64,000 bases of DNA, taken from assembly GCA_963745025.1 (NCBI GenBank), contig CAVUWD010000016.1:224001-288000 (forward strand). The letters are read 5' to 3'. A model generated the notes under the pieces. The model saw only the letters and a list, made by a program, of their open reading frames with translations, was not told the origin of the DNA and searched no databases. Below are positions 1 to 12,278 of this stretch, piece by piece. The DNA is from an uncultured delta proteobacterium (GTDB taxonomy: Bacteria; Desulfobacterota; Binatia; JACPRU01). Position numbers and translations under genes: made by a program. Each line of letters opens with the position of its first letter. Position 1 is the stretch's first letter.

Positions 1-37
1 TTGGCGGTGAGACCACCGCCGCGCGCGATCATCGCGC

Positions 38-1483
38 TCAAACGGAGCCGCTGGCCGAGCTTCCCTGCGGAACGGCGGGCTTTCGCGCGATCGCGATCAG
101 CGACATGCCGAACGGAAGGCGCCACCGGCTCTCCAGCCGGAAAAGCGGCACGAGAAGGTCGTAGAGCGTCAGCTGCACGGGAGGAAACGTCGTGCGCTTG
201 AGCAGTCGACTGTTCAGGTACCACCCGAAGACGCCGAGGAGGTTGAAAAACCAGCTCCCCTCGATCTCGAACCCGGCGCGACCGAGCTTGTCCAGGAGCT
301 CGGCTCTCTCGTAGCGGCGGAAATGATCGAGAGCACGGTCGAGCGAGCCGTAGAGCGATTGCAGCGCGGGCACGAGCAGAATCAATCGGCCGCCGGGCTC
401 GAGCAGCTCGTGGAAGGTTCGCAAGGCCCGTTCGTCGTCTTCGATGTGCTCGAGCACGTTCAGGCAAACCACCGTGTCGATGCGCTCCGCGCCGGGGAGA
501 TCGACCGCGCCGTCGGTTTCCGTCGCCGGCGGCCGGTCGCCGAGATCGAACCGGCCGATCGTCACGTGCGTGTATGAATCGAAGAGGTGATGAAGAATCC
601 GCAGATATTTGGCGTCGAGGTCGGTGGCGATCACGCGCTCGCGGCGCAGCAGAAAGCGGGTCATGTTGCCCACCCCGGCGCCGACCTCGAGCACGCGGCG
701 ACCGACGTAGGGCTCGAGCTGCTCCCACATCCAGCGGTTGTAGCGGGAGACTTTCTGCATGCGCTGCAGAATGCGATATCCGGCGCGCTCGTTTTCCTCG
801 TCGTCGACGAAGGCGTAGCGCAAGATCGTCGCGATCGCGGCGAAGCCGTCCCTCCAGCCGATCTTCTTGCCTTCCCAATAGTCGCGGCCGTGATACGAGA
901 CGGGGACCTCGTACACGCGAAAGCCGAGGCGGGCGATCTTGGCGGTGATCTCGGGCTCGATGCCGAAGCGGTCCGAGCGCAGGCGCAAGCTCTTCACCAC
1001 CTCGCGCGTCATCATCTTGTAGCAGGTTTCCATGTCGGTGAGGTTCAGGTCGGTGACGAGGTTCGAGAGCAGCGTGAGGAAGCGGTTGGCGAGCTGATGC
1101 CGGAAGCGCAGCACGCGCCGCGGCCATCCGAGGAAGCGGGAGCCGTAGACCACGTCGGCTCGGCCGTCACGGATCGGCTCGATCAGCTTGTGGTAATCCT
1201 CAGGATCGTATTCGAGGTCGGCGTCCTGGATCACGACGACGTCGCCAGTCGCTTCCTCGAATCCTCGTCGCACGGCCGCTCCCTTGCCGCGGTTGTCGGG
1301 CTGGTAGAAGATGCGCAAGTTCGGCTCGGCGGGAAGCGCGGCGAGGAACTCGCGGGTACCGTCGGTCGACGCGTCGTCGACGACGAGGATCTCCTTGTCG
1401 AGTCCGACTGCCCGGACGCGCTTCAGGCATTCTTCGATGGTCGGGCGTTCGTTGTAGACCGGGATGACGACGGAAACTCGCAT
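38..1483 (-). CDS. Glycosyltransferase family 2 (DPM1-like) fused to C-terminal class I SAM-dependent methyltransferase
   Basis: MRVSVVIPVYNE, VDDASTDGT, NRGKGAAVRRG, QDADLEYDP, DMETCYK; C-terminal VLEVGAGVG and CLNVLEHI. Start trimmed to ATG at 1483. Confidence 0.9.
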   Translation of the reverse strand: MRVSVVIPVYNERPTIEECLKRVRAVGLDKEILVVDDASTDGTREFLAALPAEPNLRIFYQPDNRGKGAAVRRGFEEATGDVVVIQDADLEYDPEDYHKLIEPIRDGRADVVYGSRFLGWPRRVLRFRHQLANRFLTLLSNLVTDLNLTDMETCYKMMTREVVKSLRLRSDRFGIEPEITAKIARLGFRVYEVPVSYHGRDYWEGKKIGWRDGFAAIATILRYAFVDDEENERAGYRILQRMQKVSRYNRWMWEQLEPYVGRRVLEVGAGVGNMTRFLLRRERVIATDLDAKYLRILHHLFDSYTHVTIGRFDLGDRPPATETDGAVDLPGAERIDTVVCLNVLEHIEDDERALRTFHELLEPGGRLILLVPALQSLYGSLDRALDHFRRYERAELLDKLGRAGFEIEGSWFFNLLGVFGWYLNSRLLKRTTFPPVQLTLYDLLVPLFRLESRWRLPFGMSLIAIARKPAVPQGSSASGSV

Positions 1484-1855
1484 GGCAACGACAGAGCGGG
1501 TTCGTAGCGAAAATCGTGGGCCGACGCGAGTCAGCCGCCGGGCCCACCCGCATGCGGATACCTCGTGTCGCGTCAGCTGGCCCCCGCAGAACGCGCGGTA
1601 ATCTGCCCCCGTACGATGGCGGAACCGATCGCCCGATCGATTCCATGGCCTTCCCGGAGATTCACGACGGGTTGACACCTCGACCAGCCGGGAACGATCC
1701 GCGGCGCGAGGCGGCTGCCGCGCCCCGCTGTCGAGAATCGCGACGCGTGCCGGGGCCGGTGACCCGAGAATGATGTCGGAGGATCGTCGGTCGGGGAAAC
1801 TCCGGCCGCGGCAACTCGCTCTGTCCGCATCGATCCGCTATGGACCTGATTCGCC

Positions 1856-2992
1856 ATGTCTCGGTCCGAGATCTACGCGACGTGGGCACTGCTCGGCGCG
1901 CTGACCATACTCGTCTCGGTCCACTGGACCGTGTCGATCGACGAGTGGGCCTATCAATGGGTGCAGTATCACCGCAGCTGCGCCGTCGAGCGCGCCGCGC
2001 ACCGGATCGACCCGATCGTGCGCGCAGTCCTCGGCGTGCTGGTCGGCCTCGCGTTGGTGAGTGGCGGCTGGAGGCGTCCGTGGTACCTCATCGGTCTCCT
2101 CCTGCTCTTCGTCGTGGGAGCGGCCGCGACCGAGCTGATGAAGACCGCCATCGAAAGGCTGAGGCCCAACTCGACTCCGGGAACGATCACAGGGAATAGC
2201 TTTCCGAGCGGCCACATGACCGGCGCAACGATGGCAGCGATGATCGCCATCCTGCTGATCCGCGGGCGGGATTGGCGGCCGTGGATGCGCTGGTCGGGTT
2301 ATACGATGGCGGCCCTGGGCGCGCTGCTGCAAGGCGTCGGACGCCTTCTGACTGGCAGCCACTGGTTGAGTGACGTCTCGGCCAGCATGCTGCTCGCCGC
2401 GGCGTGGGTCCTCGCGGCGGGCCGGCTCCAGCGTTTGTCGCGCGTCGCCGTGGCCAGCCTGCTCGCCGTCGGCGGTATCGCCTTCGTCGTCTTCGACGAC
2501 CTGCCCGGAACGCGTTTCCGGCTACCGTCTGCTCTCGACGAGAATCGAAGTCCGCTCGCGTCGATCGAGTTCGGTACTCCCGAATCGCGCGCGTCCCTGG
2601 CGGGTCTCTGGGAGGACGGTCCCGCCGAGCCGATCGGCCCCGTGTCGTGGGCACGCTCGCCGGACGTCCGCGTGACTCTCCATGCGGTGAACCCGCCCGT
2701 CGGCATCTTGAAGGTGACGCTTCGCCCGGCGGCAGCGACGGAGAAGCGCAGCCTATGCGCGCGACTGGTGATCTCCGTGAATCAGTGGGTCGCGCCCGAG
2801 ATCGCTCTCGCCCGAGGATGGCGCGAGTATCACGTGGAGCCGCCGGCGGGGGCTTTCCGCGTCGGCGACAATACGATTCGCTTCCACATCGGGGCGGAGG
2901 GCGAAGCGAGCGGCGAAGACGCGGCGAGCGGGCTCGCCGCGTTCCGCTATTTGCGGCTGTATCCGCGCGAAACGGCTTCCGGTTACCGGTAA
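1856..2992 (+). CDS. PAP2-family phosphatase membrane protein with C-terminal soluble beta-rich domain
   Basis: K...ERLRP, SFPSGH, GRLLTGSHWLSDV motifs plus multiple hydrophobic helices. Confidence 0.85.
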   Translation: MSRSEIYATWALLGALTILVSVHWTVSIDEWAYQWVQYHRSCAVERAAHRIDPIVRAVLGVLVGLALVSGGWRRPWYLIGLLLLFVVGAAATELMKTAIERLRPNSTPGTITGNSFPSGHMTGATMAAMIAILLIRGRDWRPWMRWSGYTMAALGALLQGVGRLLTGSHWLSDVSASMLLAAAWVLAAGRLQRLSRVAVASLLAVGGIAFVVFDDLPGTRFRLPSALDENRSPLASIEFGTPESRASLAGLWEDGPAEPIGPVSWARSPDVRVTLHAVNPPVGILKVTLRPAAATEKRSLCARLVISVNQWVAPEIALARGWREYHVEPPAGAFRVGDNTIRFHIGAEGEASGEDAASGLAAFRYLRLYPRETASGYR

Positions 2993-3120
2993 AGAGTTCG
3001 CGGTGTCTCGTGCAATACCCGGTAGCGGGCCGCCGGCATTGAGCCTACGAGGTCGGTCGTGGCACCAAACGCAACGGACGTCTCGCCGGACGGGTGCAAT
3101 CGGGCGAGTCCGAAGCGAGG

Positions 3121-3465
3121 TCAGTGAACCGTCCGGTCTTCCTCGTTATCGTCGACCGAGGCCGCCCCGCGCAGCGATTTCGCCAGGCGCCGCATCTCCT
3201 CGAGCACCGCCTCCGATTGCTCGACACGTCGCTTGCCCTGGCACACGACCTCGTCGATTCCGGCGAGCCGCTGCTGGAACTGATGGATCGCCGTCGCCAT
3301 CCACCCTGCGAATATGGCCACGCCGACGAGCAGCAGCCCTTGGCCGAGATCCCCGCCGACGAGACTCGGAAGCGCGAGCAGCGCCGAGCTCACCGACAGG
3401 GCAACAGCGACTGTGAGGAACAGGCGCGCGACGACTTCAGCCGGGAAGAGCTTCGAGAACTTCAC
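3121..3465 (-). CDS. Small hypothetical membrane protein (2 TM plus coiled coil)
   Basis: Two hydrophobic segments followed by a charged helical tail; GTG start at 3465 assumed. Confidence 0.5.
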   Translation of the reverse strand: MKFSKLFPAEVVARLFLTVAVALSVSSALLALPSLVGGDLGQGLLLVGVAIFAGWMATAIHQFQQRLAGIDEVVCQGKRRVEQSEAVLEEMRRLAKSLRGAASVDDNEEDRTVH

Positions 3466-3601
3466 GACATCATCATACGCCGCTCGCGGGGACGGAGGGA
3501 AGAGAAACGTTGCGTCCGTAGTTGAGTCGTCGAGGCGAACGCTGCGAATCCCGGTCCAGAGCTTGGACGACTCGATACGTGCGCAACGTCCCCGTATCTG
3601 T

Positions 3602-5035
3602 TCATCGCGACTCGTTCGCGCCACCTTCGCCCGTCTCCGGCGTGAGCGTGATGAACAGGGTCGACTCGCCGCGTTGCACGAGCAGCAGCACTGGCCTTTC
3701 GGGCTTGCGGTCCGCGATCACCTTGTCGAAGGCCTCGGGCGTGGTGACCGACTTGCGATCGACCTCTCGGACGACGTCTCCGGGACGGATCTCCGCGTTG
3801 TCCGCAGGGCTGCCCGGATCGATGCTCGTCACGACGACGCCCTTGGTGTGCGGCGGAATCCCGAGCCGCTCGGCGACCTCCGGCGTGATCTTGTCCACGT
3901 GCAGGCCCAGGCGGGAGGTGGGCGACGCGGCTTCGGCGGCGATCTCCTTGTCCTTCAGCTCGCCGATCTCCGCCGTGATGGTCTTTTCCTGCCCTTCGCG
4001 CAGGACCTTGAGCTCGGCGCGCGTGCCGACCGGGGTCTCGGCGACTCGGATCGGCAGATCGCGGCTCGAGGTGATTTCCTTCCCCTGGTAGGCGACGATC
4101 ACGTCGCCGCGTTGGATCCCCGCCTTGTCAGCCGGGCCCTCCTTGGCGACGTCGGCAACCAGCGCGCCGGTCTCTTGCTTGACCCCCATCGCCTTCGAGA
4201 TCTCCGGCGTCACGTCCTGGATGGCGACGCCCAGCCAGCCGCGCACGACCTTGCCGCTCGTGCGCAGCGAGTCGGCGATGTGCGCCGCCATCTCGATCGG
4301 GATCGCGAACCCGATGCCGATGTTGCCACCGCTCTGGCTGTAGATCGCGCTGTTGATGCCGACCACCTCCCCGCGGACGTTGAGCAGCGGGCCGCCGGAG
4401 TTGCCCGGGTTGATCGAGGCGTCGGTCTGGATGAAGTCGTCGTACGGGCCAGCGCCGATGGCCCGGCCCTTGGCGCTGACGATTCCGGCGGTGACCGTCT
4501 CGCCGAGCCCGAACGGGTTGCCGATGGCGACCACCCAGTCCCCGACGCGCAAGTCGTCGCCGTGGGCGAGCTTGGCGGCCGGCAACGGATGATCGGTCTG
4601 AATCCGGATGAGCGCGATGTCGGTCTTTTTGTCCTTGCCGACGATCTTCGCCTTGAAGCGCTTCTGATCCTGCAGGATCACCTCGACGACGTCTCCGGCA
4701 TTGCCCACGACGTGGGCGTTGGTGAGGATCTCGCCATCGGGCGAAATGATCACACCCGATCCCAGGCTGCGCTCCTTGTAGCTCTTCGGCATCTGATCGA
4801 AGAAGCGGCGCATGAACTCTTCCATCGGATCCCCGGAGTGGCCGCCCGGAATTTCCGGCCGCTTCACCGTCTGCGTGGTCGAGATGTTCACGACGGCGGG
4901 GATCACGTCCTGCACGATGTCGGCAAATGAGGACGGGGGCGTGCCGTGCCCGGGCTCGGCCGCAGCGGCAGCAAGGGGCAGCGACCAACAAAGCGCGGCC
5001 ACGAGCGTCCGCAGCAACATTCCCGAACCGTTCAT
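3602..5035 (-). CDS. degP: DegP/DegQ (HtrA, Do family) serine endoprotease with two PDZ domains
   Basis: SLGSGVII, LTNAHVV, DIAL, FIQTDASINPGNSGGPL; GAAGGAGG RBS upstream of ATG 5035; signal peptide. Confidence 0.95.
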   Translation of the reverse strand: MNGSGMLLRTLVAALCWSLPLAAAAAEPGHGTPPSSFADIVQDVIPAVVNISTTQTVKRPEIPGGHSGDPMEEFMRRFFDQMPKSYKERSLGSGVIISPDGEILTNAHVVGNAGDVVEVILQDQKRFKAKIVGKDKKTDIALIRIQTDHPLPAAKLAHGDDLRVGDWVVAIGNPFGLGETVTAGIVSAKGRAIGAGPYDDFIQTDASINPGNSGGPLLNVRGEVVGINSAIYSQSGGNIGIGFAIPIEMAAHIADSLRTSGKVVRGWLGVAIQDVTPEISKAMGVKQETGALVADVAKEGPADKAGIQRGDVIVAYQGKEITSSRDLPIRVAETPVGTRAELKVLREGQEKTITAEIGELKDKEIAAEAASPTSRLGLHVDKITPEVAERLGIPPHTKGVVVTSIDPGSPADNAEIRPGDVVREVDRKSVTTPEAFDKVIADRKPERPVLLLVQRGESTLFITLTPETGEGGANESR

Positions 5036-5233
5036 GAATCGGAAACCTCCTTCGCCGGATCCCGCCGGCAGAAAACGCCAAGCCGCGCTCCATGCGCGAA
5101 AGACACGCCTTATGGACCGGATTCTGTCATACATCAAGGTGGCATAGGAGCCGGGGCGCTTCACGGTCCTGCAGCTTTCGCGGGCGCGATGAGAACACGG
5201 ATAGACCTCGGGGAGCCCGAAAGGCGGAAAACC

Positions 5234-5908
5234 GTGAGACTTCCTCCTGCGCTCGTGGTTCTGGCGCGCCATCCCGAAGCGGGAGGGGTCAAGACTCGGC
5301 TGGCGGCTTCGATCGGTGACGGGGCGGCGGCCGCCCTCTACCGGGCGTTTCTCCTCGACCTCGGACGCAGGCTCGCCGCCCATCCCGCGTGGGTCCTTCA
5401 CTGGGCGTTCGCGCCCGCGGACGCGCCGTTCGCCGCCGATATCGCCGGCGGCGAGAAGGCATTCGCGCAAACGGGCGGCGAGCTCGGCGATCGCATGGCC
5501 AGGGCCATCGAGCAGGTACTTGTCGAGGGTCATCGCAGTGCGGTGCTGATCGGATCCGACGTCCCGCACGTGCCGATCTCGACGCTCGAGGACGCTTTTC
5601 GGCATCTCGCGGCCGGCGCACCGCTCGTGCTCGGTCCTGCCGAAGACGGAGGCTACTTTCTCGTCGGCGCGACCTCGCTTCCGCCGATCTTTTGCGACAT
5701 CCGCTGGGGGGGCTCGGGCGTGCTCGAGGCGACGATCGCGGCCGCCCGGCGTGCGGGCATCGAGCCCGCGCTCGTCGCGCCGACCTACGACATAGACGAC
5801 CGCGAGGATCTGGAACGCTTGAGGGCCGAGATTCTGGCGGGGCGCGTCGGTGATCTGGCCGCGACCGAAGCCGCGCTGGAGCGCGTTCCCAGTCTCCGGT
5901 ATACATAG
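5234..5908 (+). CDS. DUF2064 / TIGR04282-family (CofC-like) nucleotidyl/glycosyltransferase
   Basis: ARHPEAGGVKTRLA, QTGGELGDRM, LIGSDVP, LGPAEDGGYFLVG, YDIDDREDL; GTG at 5234. Confidence 0.85.
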   Translation: MRLPPALVVLARHPEAGGVKTRLAASIGDGAAAALYRAFLLDLGRRLAAHPAWVLHWAFAPADAPFAADIAGGEKAFAQTGGELGDRMARAIEQVLVEGHRSAVLIGSDVPHVPISTLEDAFRHLAAGAPLVLGPAEDGGYFLVGATSLPPIFCDIRWGGSGVLEATIAAARRAGIEPALVAPTYDIDDREDLERLRAEILAGRVGDLAATEAALERVPSLRYT

Positions 5909-5956
5909 AACGATCGTAACAATCTGATGTCGATCGGAATCGAATCTCCACGCGAA

Positions 5957-6761
5957 ATGCCAGCCGCCGATAGCGGAGATTCCGCATCGCCCGTCGTCGT
6001 CCCGATCGAGTCCGAACGCACTCGACGTCCTGTGGAGCGACTTTCGCTCTGCGCTATCGGAGCTGACGATCTTTGGAAGACGGGCTGACCCCTCGCGCCT
6101 ATCGATCGGCCGCGCGGCTCTCTTCTACCCCGCAATCGGCCTACTGATCGGCATCGCGGTGAGCCTACTCGACTGGGTGGTGCGCGCCTTCGTCGCGCAG
6201 GAGATCACCAACGTTGTGCTCGTCGGCGCCCTGGCGCTGCTCAGCGCCGGGCGTCAGCTCGACGGCTTCGCCACCACCGCCGACGGCCTGATCGGCTTTC
6301 GCGGCCGCGAGTGGGCGATTGCAACGATCCGCGACCGGCGGCTCGGCAGCTCGGGAGCCGCGGCGATTGCCTTCCTGCTGATTCTCAAGGTGCGGGGCCT
6401 TGACTTGCTGTCCGATCCGATGCGCGCGGTCGGCGTGCTGTTGTCGCCGATGATCGGGCGCGCGGCGCTCGTCTGCCTCGCGTACGGCTCGCGTGCCGCT
6501 GGCTCGGCTGCCGAGGCAGCTCCGTTCGATCCGGCGATCGGCCTGCGCGAGCTCGGTGGCGCAAGCGCCTTCGTCGCCGTGGTGACGCTCGCGCTTGGCG
6601 GCGCGCTCGGGCTGCTCGTGCTGATCGTCAGCGGGCTCGTGACCCTCGTACTGCGCTTCTATCTCGATCGCAGACTCGGCGGCGTTACCCCGCAGAGCCT
6701 CGATGCCGGTGCCGAGATCCTCGAGACGGTGGCGCTGATCGTGTTCGCGCTCGCGTCGTAA
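5957..6761 (+). CDS. cobS: Cobalamin synthase CobS-like membrane protein, divergent, with start or frameshift problem near 6010
   Basis: The 6159 frame extends upstream as DFRSALSELTIF...IGRAALFYPAIGLLIG; also LDGFATTADG, IRDRRLGSSG, RRLGGVT. The only upstream ATGs (5927, 5957) are in another frame. Confidence 0.7.
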
Positions 6762-6827
6762 GAGGCGGCTACCGGTTTCCGGCAAGGCCTTCTCGGGTGT
6801 CTTGCCGGTCGCCGGTAACCCGTAGGC

Positions 6828-8189
6828 TCACGTCGTGTAGGCCGTCTCGCTGTGCTGCGAGAGATCGAGACCCATGCGCTCGTCGTCGATGGGCGCGCGG
6901 AGCGGCGTGATCGCATTGATGATCGTCAGTAGCAGGAAGCTGCCGACACCGCAGAAGACGTAGGTCGCGACCACCGCGATCAGCTGCTTCACCATGAGGC
7001 CGGGGTAACCGTACAAGAGACCGCCGTCGAGCCCGAGCGTGAGGGTCGGGATCGCCGAGTTCACGTCCTTGGTCGCGAACACGCCGGTCAAGAGAGCGCC
7101 GAGCGTCCCGCCGACCATGTGTACGCCGACGACGTCCAACGCATCGTCGTAACCGAAGCGTGCCTTCAAGCTGACGGCGGTGTAACAGATCGCGCCGGCA
7201 AGGCCGCCGATGACGAGGGACGCCATCGGCGTCACGAATCCCGAGGCGGGCGTGACGGCCACCAGGCCGGCGACCGCGCCGGACGCCGCGCCGAGGATCG
7301 TCGGCTTGCCGGATCGTGACCATTCGGCGAACATCCAGCCGAGCGCCGCCGCGGCGGCTGCCGTGTTGGTGTTGACGAAGGCGAAGGCGGCGAGCTCGCT
7401 CGAGGAGGTGGCGCTGCCCGCGTTGAACCCGAACCATCCCACCCACAGCAGCGACGCTCCCACGACGCAGAACGGCAGGTTGTGCGGCGGCATCGGCGTC
7501 TCGGGGTAGCCGACGCGCTTGCCGAGGTAGAGCGCGGTCACGAGCGCGGAGACGCCGCTCGAGATGTGAACGACGGTGCCGCCGGCGAAGTCGATGGCGC
7601 CCACCTTGGATGCGATCCAGCCCCCGCCCCAGACCCAATGGGCAAGCGGATTGTAGATGAACGTCGACCAAAGCAGCATGTAGAGCGCAAAGGCGGGGAA
7701 GCGGAGCCGCTCGGCGAACGTCCCGGAGATCAGCGCGGGAGTGATGATCGCAAAGGTCCCCTGGAAGGCGACGAACACCATCTGCGGGATCGTCGGCGCG
7801 GCTGAGTTTGCGGTGCCGAGGATGCCACGCAATCCGAAGTTCGCCGCGCCGCCGACGATGCCGCCGATGTCCGGGCCGAAGGCCATCGAATATCCGAAGA
7901 GCACCCACGTCACGCTGATCAAGGCGGCGCAGAAGAAGCTGTGCATCAGCGTCGACAGCACGTTCTTCGAGCGCACCAGACCGCCGTAGAAGAGCGCGAG
8001 CCCGGGGATCGTCATCATCAGCACGAGCACGGAGCTGGTGAGCATCCACGCGGTGTCGCCGGTGTCGAATTTCGGGGCCGCGGGCGCCGCGGCCTCTTCC
8101 GCCAACGCGGTCGCGGCACTGATCAGAGCGCCGAGGCCACCGGCAGCGGCCACGCGCAGGGCTGTGCTCCGACCATAAAATATTCTCAT
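6828..8189 (-). CDS. amtB: Ammonium transporter AmtB
   Basis: GDTAWML, PGLALFYGGLVRSKN, DFAGGTVVHISSG, LWVGWFGFNAGS, DDALDVVGVH; GGAGGAGG RBS before ATG 8189. Confidence 0.97.
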   Translation of the reverse strand: MRIFYGRSTALRVAAAGGLGALISAATALAEEAAAPAAPKFDTGDTAWMLTSSVLVLMMTIPGLALFYGGLVRSKNVLSTLMHSFFCAALISVTWVLFGYSMAFGPDIGGIVGGAANFGLRGILGTANSAAPTIPQMVFVAFQGTFAIITPALISGTFAERLRFPAFALYMLLWSTFIYNPLAHWVWGGGWIASKVGAIDFAGGTVVHISSGVSALVTALYLGKRVGYPETPMPPHNLPFCVVGASLLWVGWFGFNAGSATSSSELAAFAFVNTNTAAAAAALGWMFAEWSRSGKPTILGAASGAVAGLVAVTPASGFVTPMASLVIGGLAGAICYTAVSLKARFGYDDALDVVGVHMVGGTLGALLTGVFATKDVNSAIPTLTLGLDGGLLYGYPGLMVKQLIAVVATYVFCGVGSFLLLTIINAITPLRAPIDDERMGLDLSQHSETAYTT

Positions 8190-8244
8190 TTTATCCTCCT
8201 CCACCGAGCGGGGGAGGTACAAGAGCGAAAAACCTGGGCTCGCG

Positions 8245-8697
8245 TCAAGAGAACGAGGGCAGCACGGCGCGGCGCAACGCGTCGAGGTCGACCGGTTTCG
8301 AGAAGAATTGGAAGGCGCCGAGTCGGAGCGCGAAGTCTCGGCTCTCGGGATCGGTCTGTCCCGAAAGCACCACGACACGGATTCGTCTGGAGCGGTAGCG
8401 GAAATCGTCACGCAGCCGCCGCAGGACTTCCCAGCCGTTGACGCCGGGCATCTTCAGGTCGAGGACCAGCGCGACCACGTTTTCGCGATCGAGGATCGGC
8501 CAGATCTCGCCACCGTCGTCGACGGGAATGGCGACGTAACCCTCGTTCGTCAGCGCACGCTGCAGGACGAGTCGAATCGTTTCGTCGTCGTCGGCGATGA
8601 GCACGATGGGAGACTCGGGTTGGGGGGCGAGAGAGGGAGCAGGGGAGGAGAGGCCGCGTCGGCGGCTCCCCCTCGCTCTTCCCCTGCTCGGCAGCAT
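8245..8697 (-). CDS. Single-domain response regulator (receiver)
   Basis: VLIADDDETIR, LVLDLKMPGVNG, VVVLSG, FFSKP; start uncertain. Confidence 0.85.
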   Translation of the reverse strand: MLPSRGRARGSRRRGLSSPAPSLAPQPESPIVLIADDDETIRLVLQRALTNEGYVAIPVDDGGEIWPILDRENVVALVLDLKMPGVNGWEVLRRLRDDFRYRSRRIRVVVLSGQTDPESRDFALRLGAFQFFSKPVDLDALRRAVLPSFS

Positions 8698-8704
8698 GGA
8701 AACT

Positions 8705-10451
8705 TCAGGCGGCTGCCCGATTGACGTGGATACCGACCATATCGGGGTAGCCGTGAGCGCCCATCTCGGGACCGTCGAGGCCCTCGAGCTTCCGTCTCCT
8801 CGCTGACGCGGATCGGCGTGATCAGGTCGCTGAGCTTGAACCAGACGTAGGCCATGCAGAAGCCGAAGACGGCCACCACGGCGGCGTCGATCAGCTGCAT
8901 CGACGAGCTGCGACGCGTCGCCGTAGAGCAGGCCGCGCACGCCGTCCGAGCCGTACGCCTTCACCATCGCGTCGCGGACCACGCCGTTCCAGCCCGCGCC
9001 GTACTCTCCCGTTGGCGAAGATGCCGACGGAGATGACGCCCCAGAGGCCGTTGACGCCGTGAACGGAGATCGCGCCGACCGGGTCGTCGACGCCGCGATT
9101 GTCGCAGAAGAAGACGCTGAAGACCACGAGCACGCCGGCGATGACACCGATGATCGCCGCGCCCAGGGGTCGACGAACGCGCAGGGCGCGGTGATCGCCA
9201 CCAGGCCGGCCAGCATGCCGTTGCACATCATCGACGGGATCGGGCTTCATGCCCTTGCCAGCATCATGGTGAGCATCGCGGCCGATCGGCGCCGGTGACG
9301 CTGGCGAGCATCGTGTTGACGACCACGAAGCTGATCCGCAGGTCGGTGCCGGCGAGCGTCGAGCCCGGATTGAACCCGAACCAGCCGAAGGCCAGGATGA
9401 ACGTGCCGAGCGATCGACCATCGGCATGTGGTGGCCGGGCATGGCCTGCGGCTTGCCGTCGACGTACTTGCCGATGCGCGGGCCGATGACGATCGCGCCG
9501 GCCAGGCCGATGACGCCGCCCATCGCGTGCACGACGCCCGAGCCGGCGAAGTCGACCGCGCCGTGGCCGAGGCCCCAGTTGATGCCCGACCTGGGCCAGC
9601 CAGCCGCCGCCCCACACCCAGTTGGCGTAGAGGCAGTAGGGCAGCGCCACCCACAGGCCGTAGAGGCAGAAGTTCTTCCACGCCCAGCGCTCGGCCATCG
9701 CGCCGGTCGGAATCGTGGCGGTGGTGTCCATGAACACCATCATGAAGAAGAACAGCGCCATCACGCTGACGTCGTCACGACGCCGTTCAGGAAGAAGCCC
9801 TTCGTGCCCGATCAGGCCGTATGTGAACACGCCCGTGGCGTTGCCGGCGGCATCGGTGGCCGCGCCGAGTCCCCAGCCGCTGTTCAGCACCGACGTGCCC
9901 GGTCCGAGCGACGAGTACCAGCCCGGCGCCACCGGGCCGTTGAACCAGTTGCCCCAGCCGATCGCGAAGCCGTAGGCCCAGAACGCGAAGCAGCCGAGCG
10001 GGTAGATCATGAAGTTCATGCCGATCGTGTGCGCCGCGTTCTTCGCGCGGCAGAGCCCGGTCTCGACCATGCAGAACCCGGCCTGCATGAACATGACCAG
10101 GAAGCCCGGCGATCAGCACCCACACGATGTTGATCGAGAACAGGTTGTGGGCGATGCGATCGTAGAGGTCGGTCAGCGCCAGCGAGGATGGCACGTCGCC
10201 CTTGCCGTCGCCGGCCGGCGTCGCCCACACTCCCGCGGCCGCGCCGGTCGGATCGGGCCACAGGGGCTTCGCGGGATCGGGGCTCGCCGCCGTGAAGTAG
10301 GTCGGTAGCTGCGGACCAGCCGGAGCCGGCGCGGCCGCGGGTCCTGCTCGGGCGCCTTCTCCTCCGCCGCGAGCCTGCCGGGCGTGCCGGCGAGCAGCGC
10401 GGCGATCCCCAGGGCACCGAGGAATCCGAGCGTCGCTCTCGAATGCTTCAT
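8705..10451 (-). pseudogene. amt: Second ammonium transporter (divergent Amt subfamily) broken by many frameshifts; pseudogene or assembly error
   Basis: Amt motifs spread across all three minus frames: MFMQAGFCMVETG, IPTGAMAER, DFAGSGVVHAMGG, GWFGFNPGS, NGMLAGLVAITAPC, DDPVGAISVHG; ends ...GYPDMVGIHVNRAAA* at 8705. Confidence 0.9.
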
Positions 10452-10482
10452 TGGCTCTCTCCTCCTCTTTTCTCGTGGCGAG

Positions 10483-12086
<1,604 letters not shown>

Positions 12087-12153
12087 GCTGCCCTCCCCAC
12101 CGTCGATCGTTGATCGTGTGCCGCCACTGGATTGGTGCGGTCGATCGACGGTA

Positions 12154-12170
12154 AGCAAGACCAACGCCAG
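12154..12170 (-). promoter_or_regulatory. Sigma54 (-24/-12) promoter for the porin-glnB-amt operon
   Basis: Minus strand CTGGCGTTGGTCTTGCT = GG-N10-GC, about 70 nt upstream of porin ATG. Confidence 0.75.
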
Positions 12171-12278
12171 ATCCCCGGCGATCGGTCGCTTCACGGGATG
12201 CCGTCGATGCCATCGCGGTTTTTTGGGAGTTGGTTCGAGCGGATGACCGGGGATCGTGAGTCGGGGCGCGGAGGACGC

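Noticed and set aside
1-40. Possible start of another minus-strand gene (MIARGGGLTA...)
   Set aside because: Too little sequence in the window to support a call
8245-9231. Apparent Amt-response regulator fusion in the ORF track
   Set aside because: Arises from frameshifts in amt; the amt frame stops at 8705 and the receiver has its own ATG at 8697
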